Shown piece by piece: positions 46,763-60,200 of a stretch of DNA of 64,000 nucleotides (positions are counted from its first letter, which is position 1; the number at the start of each line of letters is the position of its first letter). The stretch lies in the NCBI GenBank assembly GCA_004431415.1, contig QPMI01000015.1, forward strand, positions 1 through 64,000, written 5' to 3'. The notes beneath the pieces were generated by a model that worked only from the letters and a program-made list of their open reading frames with translations, made no database searches and was not told the origin of the DNA. The stretch is from Cyanophora paradoxa CCMP329. Its lineage: Eukaryota; Plantae; Glaucophyta. A program made the translations under genes and the position numbers.

Positions 46763-49182
46763 TTAAGAGTCCCCTCGACCGGGGTACAGGCTGTGGCCGG
46801 GCGGGGGGAACGCGTGCTCGTACGGCCACCGGTACGGCCACAGGCCCGCGAAGGGGTCCGGTACGACGGCCTCCGGCGAGGCCAGGCGGTATCGGGGGAG
46901 CGGCTGCACCGTCATCCCGATGCGGCGGGCCACCACTCCGGCCGGGAGGAAGCAGAAGAGCACTGGAGCGGGCACGCAATTAATTAACGAAATCGAATTC
47001 GAAAGACGTTGAGATTCGTTTCTCGACGGCATTCGAAGCGCACCTACTGCGGTGGCTATGCCCGCGCGGCGCGTGTCCCCTAGGACCTCTACGCACACGG
47101 GGTGCCCTTGTCCTTGGCCGGAATCGCTGCGTCTGATTGGGATGTGATTTCCTGCTAAAGCGTCAACGTTACCGTCGACGGCACCCTGGCCAGCTGCAGA
47201 GCAGATGCTGAACAAAATAAACAAAGACCTTTTGTTAGCTCTTTCAATTGAACCACCGAGAAGGGCGCGGAGGTCGGGAGAACAATGGCGCCCCTCAGAG
47301 CCAAACCTCCGGTGCCCTGCCGTGGCCAGGGGCCGGGCGCCGAACGTTAGTGTGAGTAAGAATCGCGAATAGTAATTGTACAACCGCCACAGAGCGAAGG
47401 GAAGCTCAAACCCAATCGGCTCAGGCAAACATATCTACTATTATACGTATAGGGACCCGGGATGAAGCTAAAGGGAAGCTATATATATATAGCTAAAATA
47501 TAGAGCACAGTTGGCTCGGACCTTGTTCCTGATCTTGAATACCTTCCGCCGAGGCGCCGATCCTTCTAGAGCCGTGCCCAGGTCGATGAAGGGGTGCGGA
47601 TACTGTAAATTCCGACACAGAGTGTGATGTGATATGATGTGATAATTGGCATGGAAGTCGCCACGGCGTTCGCACCGTCGAGCGCTGAGGGGCCACGTGG
47701 ATGTCCCCCACGGACGCCTCGAAGAGCTCGGGCTCCGTCGCAATTTGGTCCTGCGACGCGGCGACGGCCGCGTACACTGCGCGTGCGATATAGAAGCAGC
47801 GCAAGATTAGCAATAGCGATAGAGAAACACCACAGATCTAGATCTGCGCGCACGTTTGTGCAGGCGGTTGCTCAGGTGGATGGTGACCAGTCCAAACGTC
47901 TTGATTTTGTTCATCTGCACCTTGACATCCACCTTCCAATTGCAGGTCACATTCCAAAAGAGATGCTAATTGATTTTTACTTTTGTTGAATCATATTGCT
48001 ATAAACGAAAGCAGCGGCCATCTAGATCTCCCGACGTCTAACAAACGTATTTACAGTGCTTCCACTCGAATTCGTGATCATTTATGATTAATATTGAAGC
48101 TGAACGTTTTCACCTTGCAGGTGTTGCACGTCCACAGGTCCAGATAACGATTGCGAGCCCCCCCCGCTCGCGCTGGGCGAACGAGGCCCTCCCGCGCGTG
48201 ACGGAACGAAGTGGTGGAAGAACCTGCGCCCGCGATTCAATTCAATTTGCTGCCCGCGATGACGAAACAGTTCACCAAAGTCAATGGAATAAAACGAAAA
48301 GCTAGCTATATATAGCACGAACGCAGATGCGTCTTTGAGAAGGCGTGGTTCCGTATCTTGTGGAGCTGCAGTCGCCAATCGGAGAGGAAGTCCGAGCAGA
48401 CTTTGCACGAGAAGCCTATCTCTCGGACACCGAGCCGCGTCGGATCCCACCTGGTCACCCTCCTGCTCAGGAAGTACTCTGCGATCGCGAGAATTCAAAG
48501 TATAGTCAATTAGAAGCTGTGCGGCCCTGCAACGATTTCATGCACGCACGGCGGTGGTTCGAGAGGCGCTCGTGGTCGTCCCACGCTCCCTCGGTTGCGG
48601 GGACGAACGTCTCGCACACGGGACACCAAGTCTGCTTTCCGCCCTGTGCCACGCTGTAGTTCTCTGTGAATTGTAACCGGGTGCGGGTCACAATCAAAAT
48701 CGGAGACGGACGACGGGACGGGAAGCGAGCTCAAAATTAAACAATGTCACCGGCGTGCGTGACCCCGACGACATGTTCCGTCAACTTCGAAGCGGGGAAC
48801 TTCGAATTGCACACGAAGCAGTCAGCCGTCCCGTCTCCGTTCGCTTGCAGAATCCATGCTACGGGCCGCATTTCAGATATATATGTATATATATATTGAG
48901 CGCGGCCACATGCATGGCCCATTGATTATACAAGATCTAGAATTGAGCAGGAGAAAAGCGAAATGAAGCCGCACATGAAGATGACTCGCAGATCGCGCCC
49001 TGCAGCTGTATATTCTGAAGCGATTCAAGCAGCCACTCAGGAGTTTCTTCATGCTGCTCGTGAGCATGCATATGATGCCCCAGATCCAACTCTTCTTCGA
49101 GTTCACTGGCGTCAGTGATGGGAGGGCCGGTGTCCGAGGCAGCTGCAGATGGCCCAGCCCAGGGTTCCCGAAAATGCTGCAT
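46763..49182 (-). CDS. Multi-zinc-finger protein (U1/matrin-type CxxC..Hx5H), copy A
   Basis: CFVCNSKFPASKLTEHVVGVTH, WCPVCETF..HERLSNH, CKVCSDFL..HAFSKTH, WTCNTC. Boundaries are approximate. Confidence 0.62.
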
Positions 49183-49273
49183 CGAAGGTCAAGGTAAATT
49201 CAGAAGGGCTGGTTTAATAAAGGCCCAATGTAAATTAAAGGTAGTGGTTAATTACAAGTTATGATTTTAAACT

Positions 49274-52200
49274 TTAGCTCATTAAAGTTGAATAAAAGTC
49301 AAAGCAAACATTCGGGGAGTCGACGGCATTGTCTGAAGGTCCCTTATCTTGAAGATCAGTCGCCATGGCCATGGCGAGATCTTGAACCTCGCCGTCGGTG
49401 CACGTAGGAGTATGCTCTGTGGCAGTCGTCCACTCGTCGTCTGAAACAGCTCTAGATCTAGATCTGGATGGGCTAGCTGTTGCAATTGGTGCGCGATCAT
49501 CATGAAGAAGATCGGTCGACGTCGCCGAAGCCTCTAGATCTAGATCTGTCGCGTGCGTATGGTCACTCGCGGCGTCTAAATCGTCCGAAGCCGAGGCCGA
49601 GGCCGAGGCCGGGGCCGGGGCCGAGGCTGCTGCTGCGGCTGCAGGTGATCTCGAGCAGGGGGACGCCGGCCATGGTGCAGCGTTGGGGCTACTCGCGCCC
49701 GCATCTGAAATCGATGGAGACGGCGTCGATGTCGCGGGCCTCGCCTGTGCATGCAGCCCGGCGTAGGGCCACATGCAAAGGGGAGGGCGGCTGCTCGAGC
49801 TCCCCTGAGCGGCTGCGGCTGCGTGCACGGCGGGCCGGTAGGACGGGAAGACAGTCATGCCGACGCGACGGGCCATGACCTCGCCCGAGAGGAAGCAGAA
49901 CAGAACTGCCGCAGAAATGCATGCAACTATCAAAGACCAATCTGTTTATTGCTGGCGGGTACTAGTACGAGATCGTGTGAAGCTCACCGATCGCTTCAGC
50001 TCTTCCGAAATCGTGTGTGGTTGCTTTGACCGACAATTTCACAGAAGCCTCGATCCCGATCTTCTGTGCCTTGTCTGCGACGGACGAAAATCGGCGCAAA
50101 TAATTGCAAATGAATTAGAAAGGTGGACCTTGCTGTTTTTGCGTCTGCTTGCTGCGCTTTGCATTCGCGCCGACTAGCGAGAAGGGCGCAGAGGCGGGGA
50201 AGATGACGACGTGCGGCAAGTGCACGATTTCGGAGCTCTGTATTGAACGCAGAGGTCATTCAAGAATTCGAGGTTGCCGGCCACGAGGGGAATTCGCAAA
50301 TGGGCTCGCACGTGATTGGCGATCTCAAACTTTTGGACGGGAGGCGCGGACCCTTCGCGAATCTTGCCGAAATCAATGCACACAGGCGAGCCCTGGCGAA
50401 CCGATATCAATGCAAAGCGCCGAAAATTAAAAACCTTCATCGGTGATACCAATGAGACAGTTTAATGTTTTAATCGATATTAAAACTTGGGGAAGCTTAA
50501 GGCATTCAGCCAGATTACGAGGGCCGGAGTGATCGATGTCGCACCCTCGAGCAATCAGGCCGAATAGTGACCGATCCCGTAGACGTAGATGCCTCGAAAA
50601 GCCCGGGCTCGGTCGCGATCAGCAGCTCGGAGGCGGCGTCCGCAAGTGCCAGGTACACTGCCGGAGCCGCACGGCGTCACGCAAGAGCAACAACGTTGCT
50701 TTGTGTAACGGTTTTTGCGTATATAACTAAATTGCAATGCGGTCATGGGCGCACTTTTGTGGAGGTGGCTTTTGAGGTGCGTCGCGACCTCGTCGAACGC
50801 GCAGCAGGCGCTCTCCCAGGCGTTGACCTGCGCGTGCGCCCCGGCCAACCCCGTCTCGAACGGTTCAACGGTTAGCTATACGAGCAAGCAAATATAATCA
50901 TAAGAATTGTCGAAACCATCTTCTCTAGATTACAATCAGCCTGGCAGACCATCAATATTTGCATATGCGAGCAAGCACGATCGCATTGCATATGCGAGCA
51001 AGCAAGATCGCATTCGAAGCTCTATTCCAGCTCTCGTAATGAATTTCGGCGCTCAGCGGCTCTAAATCTTTAATTTGAGAACCATATATATATATAGCAA
51101 GCTCAAGCATATATCATCCGGGCCATCTCACCGCGAACTTGACGTTGCAGGCGTTGCAGAGCCACGTGTCCTGATTCTGGGTCGCCGGCGCCTGACATTG
51201 ATCCAGATCGTGCTCGCCCGGCGCGCCCCGCAGCATCCGGCCCTCTCGGGCTTGCCAGTACGCGATGTCAGAGTTCGCTGCGCCCCGCGCGCAGCTCAGA
51301 TTAGAATTCATAATTAAATATACAGTAGGGACTTGAATTGGGACGGACCGAAATGCGACTTGCAGAAAGCGTGGCTCCGGATCTTTTGGAAAGTCATCTT
51401 GCGGTCCGAGAGAAACATCGCGCAGACTTTGCAGAAGAAGCCGACTTTCGGCCTCCGGATCCGAATTCGAATGTGTGCGTCCTCCCGTGTCGGATCCGGA
51501 TCCGGAGTGACCCGTCTGTTCAAGAAGAAATCTGTGCGAGACGGGAGTGCATTGGCGGCGTTCTCTAAAACTGCATGCTCTTGCGCAGATCTAGACACGG
51601 GCGGGCGAACTTCTGTCAATCTTAAATTCGATCGCGAGGTGTTATTAGCTCGCAGTATTTATTGATATCGATAGTTTGCGATCGGCAGGCGCATGCACGG
51701 CCACGGGAGGGCTGCGCTTGCAATTGCGCACCGTGGTGGCTGGAGAGCCGTTCATGGGCCTCCCACCCCCCGTCCGTTGCAGCGACGTAGACGTCGCAGA
51801 CGGGGCACCACGTCCTGCCGGCGGCCGCGGGCGAGCCGCGTTATAATTAGATAATTAGAAAGACGATCTTGTTTAAGATCTACATCACAGGCGATGTCTA
51901 AGATCTTGTTAGATTAGAAGATTAAAGGCCTAACTATAGGCGACGCACAGCTGTCGTGCGTAAAATGCGGGTCCCTGCGGGTCGGGGCACGGCCTGACGC
52001 GGTACTGGTGAACTCCTTTCCAGAAGGTATCTGCCGCGATCGACATTATGATCAACATTGATCGTGAGCGATTGCAATTGTAATTGCATAGCCAGCGCTA
52101 GAAAGCTCAGATCTAGATCTAGAGCGGCGAATTCGAAGGGGGAGAAATATTCAGTTAATAGGCACACCAACGTGCTTTTGCCCGAGCACGTGCTCTGTCA

Positions 52201-53255
52201 ACTTCGAAGCGGGGAAAGTGATGTTGCAGATGAAGCAGCCGACCATCCCGCCGTCGCTTGCATGCAGAATCGGCGCTGCGATCGCGGGAGCGCGGCCGCG
52301 GGTCGGCATGATTATAAATAGTCCATGAAATGAGAGAGCGCGCGTTTAATTATATAACGTTGATCATGATCATGCTCATGACTATCGTTGCGGAGCGCGG
52401 CCGCGGGTCGGCATGATTATAATTAATATTAGGCCATGAAATGAGAGCGCGCGCGTTCAACGTTGATCATGATCATGCCATGATGACTATCACGCACAAA
52501 CATGGGACAGGTCCGGGTCGGGGTCGGCTCTCCTTCGCCATAGACCGGCGCCCCCGGGCCCGGCCGCGGCCGCGGGCTCCGGAGTCGGGTCCTGCTCGTC
52601 ATGATCGATCGCGACGCCGTCGAGATCGACACCAGCTAGTGGAGAGCCGGCAGGCGAATTCGAAGGCCAAGGATCCTGCGGACGCAGCGGTGAGTTCGAC
52701 CGTTGAACAGGGAGCCGGGGCGGGCTGCGTTTATTATGTAGCTACGTTTATTATTATATAGCTACGTTTACTGTATAGCTACGGCTGCAGCGTGCGCAGC
52801 GCTAGCTGACAGAGTGAACGCACCTGCTGCTCCAAAAAAGTCGAACAAGCTGCATCTGCTTCTAGATCTAGGTCTTCGGTTGCAGCTGACGCAGCGCCAG
52901 CGCCAGCGGCCTCGGCCGCGGCCGGCGCTGGACTGGTGGCCTGATAGTGATCGGTGTCTTCCGGGGCGGCGCGGGCCGCTGAGGCTTGCCCGGTAGGAGT
53001 AGCTGCACCAGGTGCAGCTGGCGCTGGCGCGCCGGTCGCGCCGGAAGCATGGCGCCGAGAGCGGCGGTGACGGGGTTTGAGAAAAGCACGGGCGAGCCAT
53101 GGGGGAATCGCCGGCGGGAATCCAGCGGCAGCCCACGCGGCAAGGCTGGCGGCGCACGTCGGCGGCTGGTTCAGGCCTCTAGATCGCGATCCGGCGGCGG
53201 GATCGCCCGCCAAGGATTCGAACGCGTGGGACGCAGAATTCGCATGCAGATACAT
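49274..53255 (-). CDS. Multi-zinc-finger protein (U1/matrin-type), copy B, tandem paralogue of A
   Basis: CFICNITFPASKLTEHVLGQKH, WCPVCDVY..HERLSSH, CKVCAMFL..HAFCKSH, WLCNAC; shares IATEPxLFEAS and VLFCFL..ARRxGMTV with copy A. The 5' boundary is uncertain. Confidence 0.6.
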
Positions 53256-54036
53256 GCTGCCGCCGATTCTCCGTCCCGCGGCCGCGGCTGGTTTCTAGAT
53301 CTGCGGATCCCCCGGCCCGCGAGCTTGCCAGGGTGATGGGCGCGAGCGCGCACGCGGTGCGAGAGGTAACCGCCGATCGACTCACCTCCGCTCCGCGCCG
53401 GCGCGCGCGCGCGCCCGCGCCCGCGCGTGGCCGCGCGCGCCGGCGCCTCGTGGTCCGAGTAACTGCCGGCGCCGATCGGGCGCAGATCGTCTCCGAAGTT
53501 AGAGTCCGAACAGCTCGCGATCCCGCTGAAGAATGCCGAGCGTGCCTGACTGGCTGCGCGGTTGGCGGAGCCTCGAAGGATGGGCAGCTGGTGGCAGTGT
53601 ACCCCCCCAAGCCCAGCCCCGCCGCGGCGCGGCCCTCTCGGACGCAGCAGAGCATCATTCTAGGACCTGCAGAGGACGCCGGAGGCGAACGCGGGCCGAC
53701 GCGATCGCAGAGCTCGACGAGCCGGCCTCGCACGCGCTTGTACGACACTCGGCGCGCGGCGGAGCGAGCGGCCTCGCTCACATCGACGCTCCACCCGGAC
53801 GATCTCATCGACGGCGGTTCGGGTCGCGCCGTTCCGAGCTCGGCCGCGCGCACGCACCAGCAGCGCGGCGCGCCGGCGTTAGCTAAGCGCGCGAGCCGCG
53901 GAGCGCGGCGTCGACTTCAACTGCACAGCCAACGGAGCCTCGGAGCAACGGCGCGGCAGCGGCGTGCGCTGACTGACCTACGCCTAGGCCACGGCCGGCG
54001 CCTGCAGCTGTCAGATCTAGAGCGGCTAGCGCTTCG

Positions 54037-56924
54037 ATGGGCGAGTCTGCTAAGCACCCCGGCCGCGAGGAGGAGGCGGGGACGGTGCGCGAGCACGTGC
54101 GGGAGATGGTGCTCCTCGGCTGGCCCATCGTCGCCACCATGTTCCTCGGCATGTTCATGAGCCTCGTCGACATGGCGCGCGTGCTCTCTCCTCGCCGCCC
54201 GCCCCTTAGCTTTGGCTAAGCTTAGCTGGCTGAGCCTGGCTAAGCTGTTCATGAGCCTCGTCGACATGGCGCGCCCGCCCGCCCGCCCGCCCGCCCGCGC
54301 CGCCCCTTCGCTTATGGCTTAGCTCGTCGACATGGCGCGCGCGACCGATCCCCCCGCGCCGCCCGCCCCTCAGCTTTGGCTAAGCTTGGCCCGCTCCGTC
54401 AGGTCTTCGTGGGGCACGTCGGGCCCGAGGCGCTGGCCGCCCTCTCGCTCTCCAACTCCTGGAGCTACACCTGCTTCATCCTCTCCTTCGGGGTCTACGC
54501 CGCCCTCGAGACCACCTGCTCCCAGGCGCCCCGTACCCCTCCTGAGCTCTCTTCCTTCCTCCTGTCCTGAGCTCTCTTCCTTCCTTTCGCCGCAGGCGTA
54601 TGGCGCGGGGAGCCTGCACCTGGTGGGGTACAACCTGCAGCGCGGCCTGGTCCTCGGCGCCCTCTTCTGCGTACCCATCGGCGTCCTCTGGGTTCGCGTG
54701 CCTCTTCCATTCCATCCCTCACCCCTCACCCCCCCCCGTTTCTTCCCGGCCCCGCCCGGCCTGACCGTACCCCCCGAAACAGTTCTTCGCGGATCCGATG
54801 CTGCGGCTGCTGGGGGAGGACCCAAAGAACGCCGCCCTCGCCGGCGAGTTCGTCCGGTACCCGTACCCCCTCCCGTCCCCCCCTCCCCCAGCTCATCTAC
54901 CCCCCGCCCTCCTCGCCCCGCCCCCAGGATCCTCCTTCCGTCGCTGTACCCCTACGTCGCGTACTTCTGCCTCCAGCGCTACCTTCAGGCCCAGGGCAAC
55001 GTGTACCCCGTGCGCGGCCCCGCACCCGTATCCCCCGCCCTCCCGACGCGCGCCTCGCGTACCCCAGGCGATGATCGTCGGCGTGATCGCCAACCTCTTC
55101 AACGTGCTCTTCAACCAGGTACCCCCTCCGCCCTCGACTGCGTACCCCGCCGCTCGGCGCTCACGGGTTTACGCCTCTCCCGCAGATCTTCATCAACGGC
55201 GTGGGGTCCTGGCCGGGGCTGGGGTACCACGGCTCGCCGCTGGCGACGTCGCTCTCCCGCGCGCTGCTGTGCGCCCTGCTGGCGGGGTACATCGTTCTGA
55301 GGGGCCTGCACCGCCCCACATGGGGCGGCTGGAGCCTCCGCGAGGCGCGCCTCCCTTCCCCCTCGCCTCCCCCCGACACGTACCCCCCCCTCTCCGCTTC
55401 GCTCACTCACGTCCGAACAGGCTCTGGACGGGCCGCAGCTTCGGGCGATGCTGCGGCTCGCGCTGCCCGCCTCGGCCATGCAGTGCCTCGAGTCCTGGAC
55501 CTTCCAGGGCTGGTCCGTGTACCCCCTCCCGCTTTCTTCCCCGTTTCGACTTAACTCCCCCTCCCCCCGCAGCACGCTAATGGCGGGCTGGCTGGGTACG
55601 ATCCCCCTCGCGGTCCACGCCATCGTGCTCCAGATCGCCTACGCCTGCTACATGCTGCCCGTCGGCTTCGCGGGGGGTACACCGTTTCGAGACGGTCCCA
55701 TCCCGGCCAGGCTAACGAACGCTTGCGCCCCCGCCCCGCCTCAGCCGGCTCGACTCGGGTGGGGAACCTGCTGGGGGCCGGCCGGCCGCTGGCGGCGCGG
55801 CGGGCCGGCCTCGTCTGCGTGGGCGTCAGCGTCGGGGGCATGGCGGCCCAGTCCCTCGCCCTCCTCGCCGCCGCCAGAGTCGCCGGGCGCCTCTTCACCA
55901 GCGACCCCGCCCTCGTCTCCTCAGGTGAGCCCGATCCCCCGATCTGAGCCGCATCCTCCCCCCCCCCCTCCGACCCCGACGCCTCGATCTCACCTGGGCG
56001 CAGTGGCGGCGCTGGTACCCGTGCTGGCGGCCTTCCAGCTCTTCGACGGTACCCATCCTTCCGCAACCCCCCTCCCCCCCTCCCCCCCCCCTGCCGCCTT
56101 TCCCCTTCCCCCCCCTTCCCCCCCCCCCCCCCCCCTCGCCGCCTCTCCCCGTCCCACCCCCATGTCTCCCCCCGTCCCAGTCCCTCTCCCGGAGCTCCCC
56201 TCTTCTGACTCCTCCCCTTAATCCTCCCCTCTCCATCCTTCCATTCCCCTCCCCCCCTCCCCCCACCCTCCCCTCGCCCCTTCTCGCACTCCCCCCTTCC
56301 CTCCTCCCCTTCCACTCCCCACCTCCGCCTTTTCCCCCCTCTCCTCTCCTCACGCCCCGCGCTCCGCAGCGATGCAGGCGGCCGAAGCGGGTACACTCCG
56401 CGGCCTCGGCCGCCCCGGTACCCCCTCTTTCCCACCCACCCCCCGCCCCTCCGACCGACACTCCTTGGGCAGCGGTGGGCATGGTGGTGAACTTCGTCGC
56501 CTTTGGCGTGTTCGGCCTTCTGGCGGCGTACCTCTTCGCGTTCCGCCTCGCGGGGGGCCTCCCCGGCCTCTGGTGGGGCCTCGCCTCGGGCACAGCGGCC
56601 GCCGCCGTCCTCCTCCTCGCTTTCCTCGCCCGCGCCGACTGGCCCGCCGAGGCCCGCCGTGCCCGCCTTCGCTCCAGCGCCGGAACCGGCGGGGGCGCCG
56701 GCGCGGACGGGTACGCCCTGCTGGGGCGGGGCGAGGGCTGGGGCCCCGTCGACGAAGACGAGGAGGAGGAGGGGGAGGAGGAGGCCGGGGTAGAGGAGGC
56801 GGGGGATGTGGAGGCGGCGCCCGGGGGCGCCCGCGGCTTCGTGCACCGGCCCGGCCGCTTCGAGGCCGTACCCCCCAAGCGGCCCCGCGGACCCTCCCTC
56901 GACCTGGGACCCTCCGACAGCTAG
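54037..56924 (+). CDS. MATE family efflux transporter, spliced
   Basis: LGWPIV..DMVFVGHVGPEALAALSL, ALETTCSQAYGAG, QRYLQAQG, LALPASAMQCLESW, STRVGNLLGAG, GTLRGLGR, GLPGLWWGL..DW. Confidence 0.95.
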
Positions 56925-57260
56925 CGGCCCAGCAGCTAGTGTCATATAGTGCAGTAGTGCAGATCGCTGTACTCCGGCTCCATCTCTCTCTCTTGTACCC
57001 CAGCTCCCTCTCGCTAGCGCCCCCCCCCCCTTCCCCCACTCTCCTCCCCCTGACCTTCCCCCCCCCCCCCCCCCCCTTCCCCCTGGGCAGGTTTTTCCGT
57101 CTCTGATCTCTCGGCTGATTTCTATTAAGCACGCTGGCAGAGCTGGCGGCTTTCCAGCGTGCTTTTTTTTTTGCCTATAGCTAGCGCAGGCCTACCAGGC
57201 TACGAATAGAATCAATATCGTTGAGCCGTGCATGAGGCTCGTGCAAAGACAAATCACGGG

Positions 57261-60200
57261 CTACCGCCGCTTCAGCGGCGGCAAGTCGCCGAGCATAGCC
57301 GGCGGCTTGCTGGACAGGGTCGACTCTTGCTCGCGGGGCAGAATGGGGGCCAGGCGGGCTCCAGCGCCCGACGGGCGGATGGGCGAGACCGGGAGCCCGG
57401 ATCCGGTACCGGTTCCCCTCAGAGGCGGGAGGGGGGAGGTACCGCGCAACGGCGGCAGCTCTCCCGGGCGCATGAATGGCTGCTGATTTCCGGCACCGCC
57501 CGGGGTGGCTTCCGAGCTTGCAGATGAAGGTACCGGTGGTGCTTCCGAGGAATCGCCAGCGTTCGGCGCACGCGCGCCGTGGCCGCGAGCTGGGGTCGAC
57601 GTCTGCAGCCCTTCCGGCTGCAAGCCGGCTGCCGATCCCTGCACGCGGTCGTCCAAGAAGGATGCACGCTCCTCAACTGAAATTCCACCGCCGGGAGCGG
57701 CATCGATATCTGCAGCTGCAGCTGCATGTGCAGCGGAAGAAATCGAAATGGAGTGTTCCTGGTCTCGCGATTGGGCATGGCCGGCCGCTGATTGCAAGGA
57801 GACGGCTGCAGCTGAGGAATTCGAAGCGCGATCTGCTGGGGCGGCTGCGGAAGAAAGAGCGGGGGCTGCGGCGGGGCTTTCCGGCACGGGAGGCCTGGAG
57901 GGCGCAGTCGATTCGGCCCCAGCATGCGCAGCCGAAGCCCTCGAATTCTTGTCTCCGAGGTCAACCTCTACTCTGCGCTTGGCCCGGCTCCGTCGCGCAC
58001 TCCGAACGAACCACACGGCCGCTATTGCGATGCCCACGAGGGCGGCGCCGCCGACCGCCGCTCCAACCGCAATTCCGGCGAAGACGCCCGCGCCTGTGCT
58101 GCCGGAGGCGCCGAGGTCCGCGGGACCGGTGGACCGCTGCTGCGGCCGCGGAGCGGGAGGGCCGAGGCTCGCTGACGCCTCCTTGATCGGGAACTCGGTG
58201 CCCAGGCTGAGGCCGGAGGACGCAAGCTTCGCGTTGATGAGCTTCAGCGTGTCTTCCAGCGGGGCGGCCGCCGGGTCGCTCGCGACGCGCACGTCGAGCA
58301 CAACGCTCCCGGGGCGCTTGTCCGCCACTGCTACTTGATGCTCGAAGACCTAGGGCGAAATAAACTGCAGGAAACGGGCCGTCTGCCATGATAATAATGG
58401 CACCTCGATTTCGCGGGCCAGCCGGCGCGCGAAGACGGTTTCGCGGGCGGCCGTGAACGAGGAGAAGTCGATCGCGAGGGTGATGTTCAGCCGAATCTCT
58501 TGGACAATGGACGACGAAGCCGTGCCCCGATCTACACGAGACGTATTTGAATTAAATTTCTTTGTATACCAAGCGTCAAATTCGAAGTCGATGAGATTTC
58601 AACTCGGGTTTCTTACCAGCCGCACTGACGATGCTCAAGATGAACGAGCGCGAGGCTTTTGCTCCAGCCGAATCCGTCACGTTGAAATCCACATTGATCG
58701 ATTGGCTGGCGGCCTGCTCCGGAACGGAGAATGCGATCGTGCACTTCAAAGCCGATGCGCCATCCGAGCTCGTCGTCGGGCAGCTGGCCTTCAACCCCAG
58801 CGACTCAGCGACGGACGGCGAGCTCGTCGCCAGAAGGAACTTGTCGATGCTGCGGCCCGCCGCCGGCTCGACCGGAACGCTGACCGTGTATGGAGAGCCG
58901 GCAAGGGCACGGAGGGCCGGTATGTACGCGATTCGGGGGCCTGCGGCCCCGGGCCCGCGTAAATTTAAACCGAACGAGCGGGTTCGAGATCGGATCCGGA
59001 GATCGCGAGCAGGAATGGAGCCGCACCCTCCAGAATATGGACGGTGATGCTGGATGTGACTTCGCGAACCGCACTCGTCTCGACGATCATTGTGACGGAC
59101 ACCTCGGCCTCTCCGACTTGTGCCGCATCCGGCCAGAGCTGCAGGGTGAAGACGGGCCACGCCTCACTCGTTGCCGCAAAGGTGGCGCCTGATGCGGGGA
59201 AGAGGAATCGATTGCTTGAAGAAACACGGAAGCGAGGCTTGGCAAGGAGGCGGAGAGCGCTGAGAAGCGTTTCGTCCTCCGTCGAGAACTGGACGGTAGC
59301 GGTCACCAACAGCGGCTCTCCGGCAGTCACTGAGAGCGAGCGAGGCTCGAGCGCTATGCCAGAGATGTGATCCGCGACCGAGAAGTCGAAAGGCAGCTGG
59401 GTCGAGGTCTGAAGCCCGCCAGCGTCCGTTGCGATGAGCTGGAGAGGCAGCGGCTGGCCGTCCTGGAGCGCGACATTTCGAACACTTCGCGAGTCGACGT
59501 AGACCGTGACTGCATCGCGCGAGGCGTTCGCGACCAGAGACGCGTGCGTTCCAGTCCTGTCCACGCTGACGAAGATCGGAAGACCCACATCGGATGCCGT
59601 CTGCAGCGCGAAAGTGTATACGTAGCCCATGGCGAGTGTGGCGTTGACCTTTCTGCTGCCGCGGCCGGTCGGAAGCTGTACAGAGAGCTGCGGCCCAGTG
59701 CTGAAGTACACGGGGAGCTGTTCTCTTGCAGAGAAGCCCTCGGAATCCTCGGCCGAGATCGACAGGGTTCCGACGCTGCGGGCCGCGACGCGCTTGTCCT
59801 GGACCGCCTTCGAAGCGTCCAGCTCGACCTGTCGGGACCCAGACGCCGGTACCTGACGAGAGAGGAAATATTCAGCTAAACTCTTTCCAATGGCAGTTAA
59901 TGGTATCAAGGCTTCCAGAATTACCGTGTCTGATAGGGTGACCAGAGTTGCGCCGTCCAGGACAAGGTCCGCCCGCAGCTGCGCGGGAAGGCCGCCATCG
60001 ATCTCGGCGTCATTCGCGATCCTGAAGTTAAGCCGAGTCCCGCCGAGATTAATATTGGCGGCGTCCACGGCGTTGGTGCTGTTCCCTGGGACGCGAATCG
60101 AATAGACTGAGCGCAAGTTCTCCAATGCAGGTCCTGCGAACAAGCTTTAAGAACCAGACGGGATGAAGATGTTAATCTAACTCGCGCGGACCGAGCCGAG

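Noticed and set aside
53179-53900. Separate gene between zinc-finger copy B and the MATE gene
   Set aside because: The ORFs are GC-driven with no recognisable domain. This could be UTR/promoter or a 5' exon, but it cannot be supported.
15689-57132. Numerous long Pro/Arg/Gly/Ala-rich ORFs on both strands in the ORF track
   Set aside because: These are by-products of very high GC and GCCCC-rich introns. The real genes are spliced and lie in other frames.
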